Assembly: GCA_965208125.1 (NCBI GenBank)
Contig: OZ242320.1
Location: 3,648,001-3,712,000 of the forward strand
From: Candidatus Latescibacterota bacterium
Lineage (GTDB): Bacteria; Latescibacterota; UBA2968
Length of the DNA stretch: 64,000 bases
Direction of reading: 5' to 3'
The position numbers were made by a program, and so were the translations under genes. The first letter of the stretch is position 1. Each line of letters begins with the position of its first letter. The notes below the pieces were generated by a model. That model was not told where the DNA came from. It searched no databases and saw nothing but the letters and a program-made list of their open reading frames with translations. Positions 21,301 to 31,047 of this stretch are shown one piece after another.

Positions 21301-23181
21301 TCTGCCGGGACTTATGAAGCCGATGTCGGGCGCATTAGCGCGACGTCGGCTGCGGTTGTGCTGGGCATTTCAAATCTGCGAAAGCGCCCCATGCGCACGG
21401 GGTTGACGGCCATTACGCTAACTTTATTGACTTTTACGACATTGTCTTTTACCTCGGTGCAGACTTCGTTGAAATTTTACAAATTGCCCCGGGATAACGA
21501 GCCGTCATATCAGGGAGCACTCGTGCGCGATCGATCCTGGCGCGGGATGCAAGAATCCGTGCTCAATTATCTCAATAGTGCTTTTGAAGGCCGCGCCGAT
21601 ATTGTGCCGCGATCGTGGTATTTGTCACAGGTGCGTGGTGAGCGCGCTTATGTGAATTTTTCTCGCGTGACAGAGGCCACAGCCGATATGGGACCCAAGG
21701 AGATTTACGTCGATTTCGATGTGGGCATTACCACGGGGAAAGACAGTTTTGTCAATGCGCTGTTGGGGCTTACGCCAGACGAACCCAAAATTACCGGGGT
21801 TGATCGCTATTTGATGAGTGGGCGATGGTTTGAACCCGGAGAAGAGTTCGTTTGCCTGTTGCCAAATGATCTGGCCGAGCTCGTCGGTATTTTCCCCGAA
21901 GACGCCGGTACAGCCAAAATTGAAATGCAGGGACAGGTTTTTACGGTGATTGGCATTCTGGATTCTGAAATGTTTAATAAGTTCAAAGATCTGGATGATG
22001 AAAAACTGACGCCTGTTGATACGGTTAAAGAAAAAGACGATTTGGCAGATGCACAGGATCAGGATCCGAGGGTTGTCGCGGCTGCGCCGATTGAGACCTT
22101 TACCCATTTGGAATCGACCAATGTGCTTGTCGTGCCCTATGAGTATATTCGGGATATCGGGGGCGTGTTGGCCTCAGTGGCGATTGCGAATTTCAAGGAT
22201 GAGAGCGGACAGCCTAAGTTGAATTTTGTCCCCGACATTGAAGAGTTTATGGCGCGCGTGTCTTTAACGATGTTTGTGGGCAAGGATGATGGTGTAACCG
22301 TCTATAGTTCGATTGGTTCGACATCGCTTTCTGGATTGGGCAATTTGTTTATTCCTATCTTGATTGCGGCGCTTATTGTGCTCAATACTATGATGGGTGC
22401 TGTGTATGAGCGTTTCCGGGAGATCAGTATTTATTCTTCGGTGGGATTGGCCCCCAATCATATTGCCGCACTTTTCCTCGCGGAGGCCGGCGTATTTGCC
22501 ACACTCGGTGCGGTTATGGGATATTTAATTGGACAGGTTCTGGTGCTCATACTTTACAATGAGGGATTGTTGGGAGGCCTGGAATTGAATTATTCGTCGT
22601 TATCTGCAATTTCCGCCACGTTGATTGTGATGGCAACGGTATTTCTCTCCGCGCTTTATCCAGCCAAAAAAGCCGCTGATATGGCCGTGCCCGATGTGAC
22701 CCGCAAATGGGAATTTCCCGATCCAGATGGCGATCGGTGGATATTTGATTTTCCCTTTACAGTAGGCGGTGCTGAGGTATTGGGTATGTACTCTTATTTG
22801 ACCCGGGTTTTTGAATCTTATGGTGAGGGATCGGTAGGTGATTTTGTTGCAGATCATGTGAAATTCTGGTCTGAGGATCACGAGGGAGAACCGCAATACA
22901 ATATTGACCTGACGGCATGGTTGGCACCTTATGATCTGGGAATTAGCCAGGAAGTGCAGTTAAAAGCTATTCCAACGGGTGAGCACAATATTTATAAAAT
23001 TGAAGTGGTGATCAATCGCTTGAGCGGCGATGTGGCGTCCTGGAAACGGATCAATCGCGGATTTTTGAATGTGTTGAGAAAGCGATTCCTGGTCTGGCGC
23101 ACAATTCCGGGCGACATGAAGTTCAATTATGCAGAAGACGGACGCCGGATTTTGGCTGGCGAAGTCGCGGCAATAGCATAA
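18328..23181 (+). CDS. Giant membrane protein: PA/M28-like domain fused to FtsX-like permease
   Basis: AGGAG RBS; SRVPGYAG, SAFYD and PGAENASG M28-like segments; TM cluster; NLRKRPMRTGLT and AVYERFREISIYSSVGL FtsX motifs. Confidence 0.8.
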   Translation: MRKIGTGILWVITILMLSSVTIFNPGQVTDFFVTLFNIKPSIPELKPIEISERDREIRSIAASITQEDVHQIIADLSGMGSRVPGYAGHRQAFEYVKQHFEQFGLEDIVVEEHTVTVPIDKGASLTLTDTGEEIAIYGFWPNHVQTPSVPSAGISGALIYGGQGSFSELNGKKVEGSIVLMDFDCGQGYLSPRMLGAQAILFYDNGRVTQGQAMDKFLPVPVDVPRFWVKKDDAVRLLELAQMQSPEVRLTSKMDWEEVPTWNIFATLPGSEDYITEREERKWKDQQIVLSAFYDAISVVPALAPGAENASGMAALLHTARVLKQNPPKYSVTFLATGSHFQGLAGINDFVYRHSRESDHFRDKIPDSVSVAGAYLDGELIPRDSEDFEELIPNSYKIDFRLFIGLDLSSESDQLASFSHGTFNNPNWQTDNYLNNLLAPYADKFDKYMAKVFPDEDVRHVDAIAPPKRTWKNFMPIRLGFDSEAVTFVGKEGITLATPSTVRRFVDTPIDRVEHVNMDNLTRQIQTAIAAMMKAGEDPEFFRVSKLKLQDRGHSLRGQVLWFDRNVDFALPRVPVPGGVATYRQPGNVHSCAGVRTLIIDKTTEGPIYDIDKLADNQTEDADLKLFGDKEKVKETGWFSFDIMRNRFTNRILAYDIDEEGTITSAPDMGTEGDKKFPLTQRYGWWENEMLTVLFKSRSISVFEIIDSSYLSALDFMTVLNDNDTQPIEFGYTYLPGQSTKEGDVTRAAVTFARVDEYTGEAERLKVLMSTGLFGVKYLLINAPQKFLDNPVDKSEVNPELLEEARGEGYEPGVIFRPSYQAAKDMWVIDDVRMKQLAQFGIENNRLTLLHNSAREALIEARQHLENLDYEGFMNASRRAWGLEARGYPEVMATANDTVRGIIFYFILLLPFSFFCERLLIGASSITARLSWFAAFFVFFFIVLRFVHPAFQLSNSPYIIFLAFVIMALGGVAMVIVVSKFGDEVRKMKQASAGTYEADVGRISATSAAVVLGISNLRKRPMRTGLTAITLTLLTFTTLSFTSVQTSLKFYKLPRDNEPSYQGALVRDRSWRGMQESVLNYLNSAFEGRADIVPRSWYLSQVRGERAYVNFSRVTEATADMGPKEIYVDFDVGITTGKDSFVNALLGLTPDEPKITGVDRYLMSGRWFEPGEEFVCLLPNDLAELVGIFPEDAGTAKIEMQGQVFTVIGILDSEMFNKFKDLDDEKLTPVDTVKEKDDLADAQDQDPRVVAAAPIETFTHLESTNVLVVPYEYIRDIGGVLASVAIANFKDESGQPKLNFVPDIEEFMARVSLTMFVGKDDGVTVYSSIGSTSLSGLGNLFIPILIAALIVLNTMMGAVYERFREISIYSSVGLAPNHIAALFLAEAGVFATLGAVMGYLIGQVLVLILYNEGLLGGLELNYSSLSAISATLIVMATVFLSALYPAKKAADMAVPDVTRKWEFPDPDGDRWIFDFPFTVGGAEVLGMYSYLTRVFESYGEGSVGDFVADHVKFWSEDHEGEPQYNIDLTAWLAPYDLGISQEVQLKAIPTGEHNIYKIEVVINRLSGDVASWKRINRGFLNVLRKRFLVWRTIPGDMKFNYAEDGRRILAGEVAAIA

Positions 23182-23218
23182 CGCGCAGATTTTGTGAATT
23201 TCCTTCTGGGAGGCAATT

Positions 23219-25273
23219 TTGGCAACCGACGAACCAAGAGAGACAGAAGAAACAAAAGAGGATCTGACAGAATACGAACAGATTATGCCAGAGGACGCGC
23301 CCTTTGAAGATGGCTTTGGCTGGAAGACGATATGGGCGACGGCGTTCGTTGGGATTGTTATGTTGCCAGGGGCGATTTATTTGGGCCTGGTGACCGGGCA
23401 GAGCATGGCTGGCGCGTCTGAGTGGGTGACGATTATTCTCTTTTTAGAGATTGCCAAGCGCTCTTTTGTTCGGCTCAAGACACAGGAAATTTTAATCATC
23501 TATTGGGTCGCCGCTGGGCTGCTGGGTATTGGGGTAAAACTCGGTTCTGGCGCGCACCTTTACGGTGGACCTTTTGGAGGGTTGATCTGGGATCAGTATT
23601 TGATTCAGTCACCCGCAGCAAAAGGTCTGGATAGTTATATCCCAAATTGGGTGACGCCACCTTTGGATTCGCCGGTTTATGCCGAGCGCACGTTTGTGCA
23701 TCCCGACTGGATTTTGCCGGTTTTGATTCTGTTTCTGGTCATGATTATCAATCAGGCTGCGCGGCTGTCCTTTGGGTATGTGATGTTTCGCATTACCAGC
23801 GATATCGAGCAATTGCCCTTTCCCCTCGAGCCAGTTCAAGCACGCGGTGTCACTGCACTGGCTGAAACATCGGCCAAAGCCGAGGGTTGGCGATGGCGCG
23901 TGTTCAGCACGGGAACGTGTATTGGTCTGGTGTGGGGATTGCTCTATGTGGTTGTGCCCACGTTGTCGGGCATTTTTCTGACGGAGACCGTTCAGGTTTT
24001 ACCCATTCCATTTATTGATTTTACCGCCGAAGTAAAAACCATATTGCCCGCTGCCGTGTTTGGCATAGGAACGGATTTGGGGCATTTATTGTATGGTTTT
24101 GTCCTGCCGTTTTACGTGGTGGTGGGGTCGTTTATCGGTGCTGTGCTCGCCAATCTGGTAATTAATCCAGCCCTTTATCACTATGAAATTTTGACCCGAT
24201 GGGCACCGGGTATGACGGCGATTCCCGCGAGTATTTCCAATCGTTTCGATTTCTGGCTGAGCTTTGGAATCGGTACTTCAATCGTGATTGCGCTCACCGG
24301 TTTTTATATGATAGGCAAAACCTTGCTGGAACAGCGCAAGCTGAAACAGGAGACAGGACATCATTCGATAAACATTAGTATGGAGGATTTGCCCGAAGGC
24401 CGGGGTGATATGCCGATGAAGTGGCCTCTCGTGTTGTGGGTCATGGCTTCTTTTGCCGCCATTGGACTATGCCAATGGCTCGTGCCGGAATTTCACTGGG
24501 GATGGCTGGTTTTCTTCGCGTTTATTTATACGCCTGTTTCGTCTTATATCGGTGCCCGAATGATTGGTCTTACGGGCAGTCCTTATGGGGCGAGTATTCC
24601 CTATATTCGAGAAGCAGCTATTTTGTTGTCGGGATATAAGGGGGTGGCGGTGTGGTTTGCCCCCATTCCATTGCACGACCACGGGCTGGCCGTGCGGCAG
24701 TTTAAGCAACTGGAATTGACCAAAACAAAGATCGGCAGTTATCTCAAAATGGTCGTGGTTACGATGTTTGTGATTTTCATTTGCAGCTTTATGTTCTATG
24801 AGTTTATCTGGCGGTTGGGACCCATTCCATCTTCTACATATCCTTATGTCCAGCTATTTTGGCCCTATGAAGCCACAATGCAAACCGTATGGCTTAAATC
24901 GACTTTGCCGCCTGGAGAAGTACAGGGTGCTGTAGGTATGGATCTCTTAAGAGAAATTATCATCCCCAAATACATTCTCACAGGGTTGGTTTCTGGTGGA
25001 CTTCTCTATCTGGTACTGGTCGCAGCCAAGGTCCCCGTTCTGGCGTTTTTTGGTTTTGTGAATGGCCTGGCGCAATGGCCGCATTTTGTCATTTTGAATT
25101 TTGCCGGGGCCATGCTGGGGCGATATCATTTTCAAAAGCGGTTTGGCGAGTCCAAATGGAAGGCTTACGCTCCTATTTTAGTAGCGGGTTATTCCTGCGG
25201 CATGGGGCTTATTGGCATGACTTCAATTGCCGTGGCATTGATATCCAAAGCCGTGTCTCAGGTGGTTTTCTAA
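23219..25273 (+). CDS. Multi-pass membrane protein, OPT-like putative peptide transporter
   Basis: Many TMs, EQLPFP motif similar to the OPT LxFP motif; GGAGG RBS with TTG start. Confidence 0.7.
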   Translation: MATDEPRETEETKEDLTEYEQIMPEDAPFEDGFGWKTIWATAFVGIVMLPGAIYLGLVTGQSMAGASEWVTIILFLEIAKRSFVRLKTQEILIIYWVAAGLLGIGVKLGSGAHLYGGPFGGLIWDQYLIQSPAAKGLDSYIPNWVTPPLDSPVYAERTFVHPDWILPVLILFLVMIINQAARLSFGYVMFRITSDIEQLPFPLEPVQARGVTALAETSAKAEGWRWRVFSTGTCIGLVWGLLYVVVPTLSGIFLTETVQVLPIPFIDFTAEVKTILPAAVFGIGTDLGHLLYGFVLPFYVVVGSFIGAVLANLVINPALYHYEILTRWAPGMTAIPASISNRFDFWLSFGIGTSIVIALTGFYMIGKTLLEQRKLKQETGHHSINISMEDLPEGRGDMPMKWPLVLWVMASFAAIGLCQWLVPEFHWGWLVFFAFIYTPVSSYIGARMIGLTGSPYGASIPYIREAAILLSGYKGVAVWFAPIPLHDHGLAVRQFKQLELTKTKIGSYLKMVVVTMFVIFICSFMFYEFIWRLGPIPSSTYPYVQLFWPYEATMQTVWLKSTLPPGEVQGAVGMDLLREIIIPKYILTGLVSGGLLYLVLVAAKVPVLAFFGFVNGLAQWPHFVILNFAGAMLGRYHFQKRFGESKWKAYAPILVAGYSCGMGLIGMTSIAVALISKAVSQVVF

Positions 25274-25381
25274 AATAAAATCATGGGTGGAACTTTTATC
25301 CGGGCATGTGTCGTCTAATTTGTTGCGATATATGCCTGGATTTTTATGGGTATTTTTACAACCTTTTTAAAGGAGCGGATT

Positions 25382-25879
25382 ATGCAGAGGTTTCGACTCT
25401 TCGGTTTTTTGGCAGTGGCAATGCTGATGGTTGCGTCCTGCGATGTGTGGGCACAGCCTCAAAGAGGCGGTCAAGGTCAGCGCGGACAAGGTCAACGCGG
25501 CGGCGTTCAGGTGCAGCGTTTTTTGCCGGTTGAACAGGCGCTAACTTATCTGGCATTTAACGAGAATGTGGCTTTGAGCGATGAGCAACTCGTCAAGGTG
25601 CGTGCGTCACTTAAAGGCGTTTATGCAAAACGTCAGGAGTTGCAAAGAAGCCTGCGTGGAAGTAACGACCAGCAGGCGGCGATGCAGAAAGTGCGCGCAC
25701 TGCGAATGGAAATGATGCAGGGCCTGACAGCAATTCTCAATGAGAATCAGACGAAGGTATTTCAAGAACAGATGCAGCGGATGGGTCAGCGCGGGCAACG
25801 CGGAGGGCAAGGTCAGCGCGGTCAGCGTGGAGGACAAGGTGGTCGTGGCGGTGGTGGCGGTGGCGGAGGTGGTGAATAG
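25382..25879 (+). CDS. Exported helical protein (Spy/CpxP-like) with GQRG/Gly-rich termini
   Basis: AAGGAG RBS, signal peptide, LSDEQ and ILNENQ motifs. Confidence 0.7.
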   Translation: MQRFRLFGFLAVAMLMVASCDVWAQPQRGGQGQRGQGQRGGVQVQRFLPVEQALTYLAFNENVALSDEQLVKVRASLKGVYAKRQELQRSLRGSNDQQAAMQKVRALRMEMMQGLTAILNENQTKVFQEQMQRMGQRGQRGGQGQRGQRGGQGGRGGGGGGGGGE

Positions 25880-25917
25880 AGCAGATGTTTCGCTATCTGT
25901 TTAGCGTTGAAGATATT

Positions 25918-25957
25918 AAAACGCGGGTTTCTTCAAAGAAGCCCGCGTTTGTTTTTT
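25918..25957 (+). terminator. Intrinsic terminator
   Basis: aaacgcgggtttcttc-aaa-gaagcccgcgttt hairpin plus T tract. Confidence 0.8.
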
Positions 25958-26020
25958 GGGCACGCTTGTTTATTGTAAAAAAATGGGTTACATTATCTCA
26001 CATTGCAAGGGGAGGGTTCT

Positions 26021-27376
26021 GTGATACCTGAGTCTTTCAAACATCTCAAGCGGCCTTTTTCATTTGCGGTTGTGAGTGATACGCATTTTGTGACGCGAGA
26101 TTTTATTGGGCAGGCATTTGACGCGACAAGACCGCTCAGCACTGAGGGGTATGTGGAAAATGTGACCTATTCGCTCGCGCCAATGATGGATGCTCTGCGC
26201 CATCTCAAACCGGATTTTATAGTTTTGACCGGCGATGTGGCCGAACCCCCGCTGGATCCAGAACGCCACCGCGAGAATCTTAAGGCAGCACTGGATTTTT
26301 TTGCCACATGCGATATTCCTCTGATCGTCGCTCGTGGGAATCACGATGGCACTTCGGCTTTTGATGAGGTTGTGGGACCGCGTATTGCACAGTTTTTAGG
26401 TGAGACGCGCAAAGCGCATTATTTTTCGTTTGAGGTGGATGGTTGCCAGTTTATTGTTCTGGATACACCGTTTTGGAATACTGAGCAATGTCAGTGGTTG
26501 GATGCCGTGTTGAAAGAAAATGCTTATGCACCATCGTTATTACTGGGACATCATCCTATATGGCCGGTAGCACGCGCTTTTTTTTATAACCGCGATTTTC
26601 AGAAGGATATGGTCAATCTTCTGTCTCGGCACGCGATTGATGCCTATTTTTGCGGGCATTCACACAATCAAAGTATTGTGTTGCACCGCACGCCCCATTT
26701 GCCGGTGCTGCAGTGTATGGGTGCTCTGGTTGGATTGTCTGATGCGCCGCCGCTTCCGCTCAACCACGTTCAAGCCCTGTTGCCTACACCCGATGATCTC
26801 ATGGCTGTTTGGCCTGGATATATTGAAAATACGGCTCCAGGATGGTTTATGGGATATGTTGCACAGGGCCTGGCGCGTGTGGAATGGCATCATATTAACC
26901 GCGGGGCTGAAGCTATGGTGCGTTGGTTTCGGCCTGGTGACATTCAGACTTTTTGGGCAATGGATCCCGCGCCTCCTGCCCAACTCATTGAAGCAAATTT
27001 GCGGCGTATTCGCCAGGGAATGCTCCGCTTTTGCGCCTGGGATAGTATGGGAGATGCGCGCGTATTTCTCAATGGGAATGAGATTGGCCTTTTGCCGCGT
27101 GCAGATAATTTTACGCCCAGTCGCCTGTTTTTACCTCCCAACGCGCTTGCTTGTTTGCAAATGGAAAATAAGGTGCGTATTGAACCAACTGCGGGAAGTG
27201 AGATGACGCTTGGCAATCTGGTTCTCGAAGTGGTATTGCCCGGTGGTCGTTATGTGCGGTCGCAGGTTTTTGATGATATTTATACGTGGTCTAACCGGTG
27301 GGAGGGGTATGAATATGAGACGTTGCAAAAGATGAAACCGGGACGGTCGTTGAGGACGGTGTTGGCTTTCAGATGA
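26021..27376 (+). CDS. Calcineurin-like metallophosphoesterase with C-terminal beta domain
   Basis: SDTH, TGD, GNHD, GHHP and GHSH motifs; GGAGG RBS before GTG 26021. Confidence 0.88.
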   Translation: MIPESFKHLKRPFSFAVVSDTHFVTRDFIGQAFDATRPLSTEGYVENVTYSLAPMMDALRHLKPDFIVLTGDVAEPPLDPERHRENLKAALDFFATCDIPLIVARGNHDGTSAFDEVVGPRIAQFLGETRKAHYFSFEVDGCQFIVLDTPFWNTEQCQWLDAVLKENAYAPSLLLGHHPIWPVARAFFYNRDFQKDMVNLLSRHAIDAYFCGHSHNQSIVLHRTPHLPVLQCMGALVGLSDAPPLPLNHVQALLPTPDDLMAVWPGYIENTAPGWFMGYVAQGLARVEWHHINRGAEAMVRWFRPGDIQTFWAMDPAPPAQLIEANLRRIRQGMLRFCAWDSMGDARVFLNGNEIGLLPRADNFTPSRLFLPPNALACLQMENKVRIEPTAGSEMTLGNLVLEVVLPGGRYVRSQVFDDIYTWSNRWEGYEYETLQKMKPGRSLRTVLAFR

Positions 27377-27379
27377 TGG

Positions 27380-27451
27380 TAGTTGTCAGTTGTCAGTGCC
27401 ACCACCCAACCCCGGTGTGGCGGTGCGGGGTAACTGGCTACTGACTACTGA
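27380..27451. repeat. Heptamer-based inverted repeat element
   Basis: tagttgtcagttgtcagt ... actggctactgactactga: two arms of 7-nt units around a GC-rich centre. Confidence 0.55.
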
Positions 27452-27466
27452 TTTTCAAGTGAGGAT

Positions 27467-29509
27467 GTGATGGACGATAGAATAGATACCAATAGATTGA
27501 TCCACGAGACCAGTCCGTATTTATTGCAGCATGCACACAATCCCGTTGCGTGGTTTCCGTGGGGTGAAGAGGCGTTTGAGAGGGCTATTGCTGAAGACAA
27601 GCCCATTTTTTTAAGTGTGGGATATGCGGCCTGTCACTGGTGCCATGTGATGGCACACGAGTGTTTTGAAAACGAGGAAATCGCGCAGATTATGAACGCG
27701 CATTTTGTCAATGTGAAGGTCGATCGCGAAGAACGCCCCGATGTGGATGAAATTTATATGAATGCGGTACAGGTTATGACTGGGTCTGGCGGATGGCCCA
27801 TGAGTGTGTTTTTGACGCCGCAGGGCGTACCGTTTTACGGGGGCACTTATTTTCCACCTGAGAGCAGACACAACATACCGGGTTTTCCCCAGGTTCTGGA
27901 ATCCGTTGCCAGGCATTATCGAGAAAAAGGTGAAAATGTCGCAGATGTGGCGAATCGGTTGCACGAGCATTTGCGGGCAATGGCGCATATTGATGCGTTG
28001 GCAGATGACCTGACTGAAACGGATTTTGATGGTGCATTTCAAAAGATCAGATCGAATTTTGATTTTCAAAATGGCGGGTTTGGCACACAGCCCAAGTTCC
28101 CAAATTCGATGAATCTCGACGTATTTTTGCGAACTTATTTGCGTACGGGGGACATAGAGGCACGCGCGATGGTGAAATTGACGCTCGAAAAAATGGCACG
28201 GGGAGGTATTTACGATCAGCTCGGCGGGGGATTTCATCGCTATTCTGTGGATAGCCGCTGGTTGGTACCCCATTTTGAAAAGATGCTGTATGACAATGCG
28301 TTGCTCGCACTGCTTTATACGCAGACTTATCAGGTGACGAGGCAACCGTTTTTTGCGCGCATTGCCAGGTCAATTCTGGATTATACGCGTCGAGAGATGA
28401 CTGCGCCAGAAGGCGGTTTTTATTCTACGCAAGATGCCGATAGCGAAGGAGAAGAGGGCAAGTTTTTTGTGTGGACGCCGCAGGAGGTGGTGGATCTATT
28501 GGGCGAAGAAGAAGGGGCGGTATTTTGTCGGTATTTCGATGTGACGGAGCGGGGCAATTTTGAAGGTAAAAATATTTTGAATATTCCTCGTATTTATGAG
28601 GTGGATGAAGACGCAATGGCACGCAGGTGTGCAATATTGTTTGAGGCGCGAGAAAAGCGCGTAAAACCCGGGCGAGATGAAAAAATTCAGGTGAGTTGGA
28701 ATGGGCTGATGATTTCGGCTTTTGCCCAGGCGTATCGGGCGTTTGGCGATCCCATTTTCCTGGAGAGTGCATCGGATGCAGCTCAATTTATCTTGGAGAA
28801 TATGAGAACAGATCGCGGGCTTTTGTTGCATACCTATACTGATGGCCGCGCGCGTTTCAATGCCTATCAGGATGATTATGCCTGTTTGATCGTCGGGTTA
28901 GTCGATCTGTACGAGGCGAGTTTTGAGCCTTCTTATCTCGTTGCTGCCCGCGATTTTATGGAGGTGATGATCGATCAGTTCTGGGATGATGTAGATGGCG
29001 GATTTTTCTATACGGGGAAAGATCACGAGGAGCTGATTGTGCGTTCAAAAAATCCCTTTGATAATGCCACGCCGTCTGGTAATTCGATGGGGGCTATAGC
29101 ATTGCTGCGATTGGGAACGCTGCTGGAGCGCGAAGATTGGCGAGATATGGCCGCCCGTATTTTGCATCTTTTTGGCAGGCATATTCGGGAGGTACCTTCG
29201 GGCTTTGGCAATATGATTTGTGCCCTGGATCTCTATTTAGAAGGAGCAGTTGAAGTCGCTGTTTTGGGTGATCGAGATAGAGAGGATACGGTTGCTCTAC
29301 TCGATGTGGTGAATAAAACATGGCGACCCAATGTCGTTTTATGTGGGGGAAGTGATCCCGTGTCCGACGCTATTCCGCTTTTGAAAAATCGCGGCATGAT
29401 TGACGGACGCGCCACAGCTTATGTCTGTCGCAATTTTGTCTGCTCTGAACCCGTTACAGATGCCGGGGCACTGGAAAAATTACTGGATGAAGTTGGTTCG
29501 GGATACTAA
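27467..29509 (+). CDS. Thioredoxin-domain protein, YyaL/SPATA20 family
   Basis: [48 protein letters not shown]. Confidence 0.95.
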   Translation: MMDDRIDTNRLIHETSPYLLQHAHNPVAWFPWGEEAFERAIAEDKPIFLSVGYAACHWCHVMAHECFENEEIAQIMNAHFVNVKVDREERPDVDEIYMNAVQVMTGSGGWPMSVFLTPQGVPFYGGTYFPPESRHNIPGFPQVLESVARHYREKGENVADVANRLHEHLRAMAHIDALADDLTETDFDGAFQKIRSNFDFQNGGFGTQPKFPNSMNLDVFLRTYLRTGDIEARAMVKLTLEKMARGGIYDQLGGGFHRYSVDSRWLVPHFEKMLYDNALLALLYTQTYQVTRQPFFARIARSILDYTRREMTAPEGGFYSTQDADSEGEEGKFFVWTPQEVVDLLGEEEGAVFCRYFDVTERGNFEGKNILNIPRIYEVDEDAMARRCAILFEAREKRVKPGRDEKIQVSWNGLMISAFAQAYRAFGDPIFLESASDAAQFILENMRTDRGLLLHTYTDGRARFNAYQDDYACLIVGLVDLYEASFEPSYLVAARDFMEVMIDQFWDDVDGGFFYTGKDHEELIVRSKNPFDNATPSGNSMGAIALLRLGTLLEREDWRDMAARILHLFGRHIREVPSGFGNMICALDLYLEGAVEVAVLGDRDREDTVALLDVVNKTWRPNVVLCGGSDPVSDAIPLLKNRGMIDGRATAYVCRNFVCSEPVTDAGALEKLLDEVGSGY

Positions 29510-29576
29510 TTTGAATGGAAGAGTTAACAATCTAACAACTAAATTCCAAATTTTAAATTCTAAGAAAGGATATGTT

Positions 29577-30122
29577 ATGGCAGATGTTTTGATTATAGGC
29601 GATGGGCCTGCGGGGTTGAGTGCCGCGTTGTTTTTGGCGAAGAATGGTCAGAATGTGACGGTGTTTGGGCAAGATGGGACGCCGATGCACAAGGCGATGC
29701 TTTACAATTATCTGGGTATTCCCGAGATGACGGGGAGCGAGTTTCAGCGGGTAGGTCGCGCGCAGGTCCAGAATTTGGGCGGCGAAATTGAGGATGTAGA
29801 AGTGACCGATGCCGAAAAGACGGATGGTGGGTTTGCGGTTACAACGGCGGATGGAGGCCGAAGAGAGGGGAAGTATCTCATTTTAGCCACCGGTACAAAT
29901 ACCAAATTGGCCGAGGGGCTGAGTTTGGCTAAGGAAAACAAGGGTATTGTTGCCGATGGAGATGGTCGTACCTCCGTCGAAGGGCTTTTTGCGGTGGGTT
30001 GGAATACGCGCCTCATTCGTACGCAGGCGATTATTTCCGCTGGACAAGGTGCCGCAACGGCGCTGGAAATACTATCGCTCGAAGCTGGCGAAGATTTCCA
30101 TGACTTTGATGTGGTTGAATAA
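29577..30122 (+). CDS. Short FAD-dependent oxidoreductase (thioredoxin-reductase-like)
   Basis: GDGPAG, ILATG and TSVEGLFAVG motifs; AAGGA RBS; no CxxC and no NADPH domain. Confidence 0.82.
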   Translation: MADVLIIGDGPAGLSAALFLAKNGQNVTVFGQDGTPMHKAMLYNYLGIPEMTGSEFQRVGRAQVQNLGGEIEDVEVTDAEKTDGGFAVTTADGGRREGKYLILATGTNTKLAEGLSLAKENKGIVADGDGRTSVEGLFAVGWNTRLIRTQAIISAGQGAATALEILSLEAGEDFHDFDVVE

Positions 30123-30139
30123 GGTGTATAGAGGAAGAC

Positions 30140-30382
30140 ATGAAAATTACCGAGACCAATACCACTATTGGCGCACTGATTGAACGGCTCGAAGCTACGG
30201 GAAAGCCTAAGACGACGAAGGCCCGAGCCTTCATTATCATAGAGGATGAGTCCGCACAGACACGCGAAGATATCCGAGAGGCTGTGGCGCAGTTTCGGGC
30301 GAGTTTTAAGGATATACCCTCTGAGGAGATCGAACAAATTATTGGTGAATCCAGACGGGCAGTAAGAGCGCGAGGATCATGA
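30140..30382 (+). CDS. Probable antitoxin of the downstream PIN toxin
   Basis: Small ORF with ATGA overlap to the PIN gene; EEIEQII..SRR tail. Confidence 0.65.
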   Translation: MKITETNTTIGALIERLEATGKPKTTKARAFIIIEDESAQTREDIREAVAQFRASFKDIPSEEIEQIIGESRRAVRARGS

Positions 30383-30813
30383 CGCGAATTGTGCTGGATA
30401 CCAATGTATTAATCAGTGCTATCCTGAATCCGCACGGGAGTCCAGGCATTATACTTGACCGGGTCTTTGATCAGAAAGTATCTCTTTGTCTCTCTGCGCC
30501 CCTTATAGATGAAATTCAGCGCGTCATTCATTATGAAAAGATGGTTGATTTGCTAAAAAGAGGGGGAAGGACCGTTGAGCAGGCGGGAGAGATTGTAGAT
30601 AAGATTGTTGGGATAGCGGAATTAACCGCTGGTCGCAGAGAAGTAAGCCTGATAGATGCGGATCCTGATGATAATATGGTGCTGGGGTGCGCTCTTGAAG
30701 CCGAGGCAGATTACATCATTTCTGGAGATCGACATCTCACTGCCTTAGGTGATTTTCAAGATATACCCATTCTCACGCCCAGGGCTTTCTTGGATATGCA
30801 GGTTAATTCTTGA
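30379..30813 (+). CDS. PIN-domain (VapC-like) toxin
   Basis: VLDTNVLISA, DPDDN, ADYIISGDRHL. Confidence 0.92.
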   Translation: MTRIVLDTNVLISAILNPHGSPGIILDRVFDQKVSLCLSAPLIDEIQRVIHYEKMVDLLKRGGRTVEQAGEIVDKIVGIAELTAGRREVSLIDADPDDNMVLGCALEAEADYIISGDRHLTALGDFQDIPILTPRAFLDMQVNS

Positions 30814-31047
30814 ATATCCTGATCTTATTCTGGCTTTCAACGATGAGTTGGCTCAGTCTATGTCTGATGGTTTCTTGTCTCGTGTATGGAAATTTTGATG
30901 TTGTGGAATAAGGTAAGATAAATTTTTTCGGGAGGTTCCATGTATGCCCTGTGCAGATGGGTACCTGGAGCCTCCTTTTTGTTTATATATAAGGTAGATA
31001 CTGTAAGGGCAAACCCCTGTGTTCGCCTATTGTTAGAGGATATCCTT

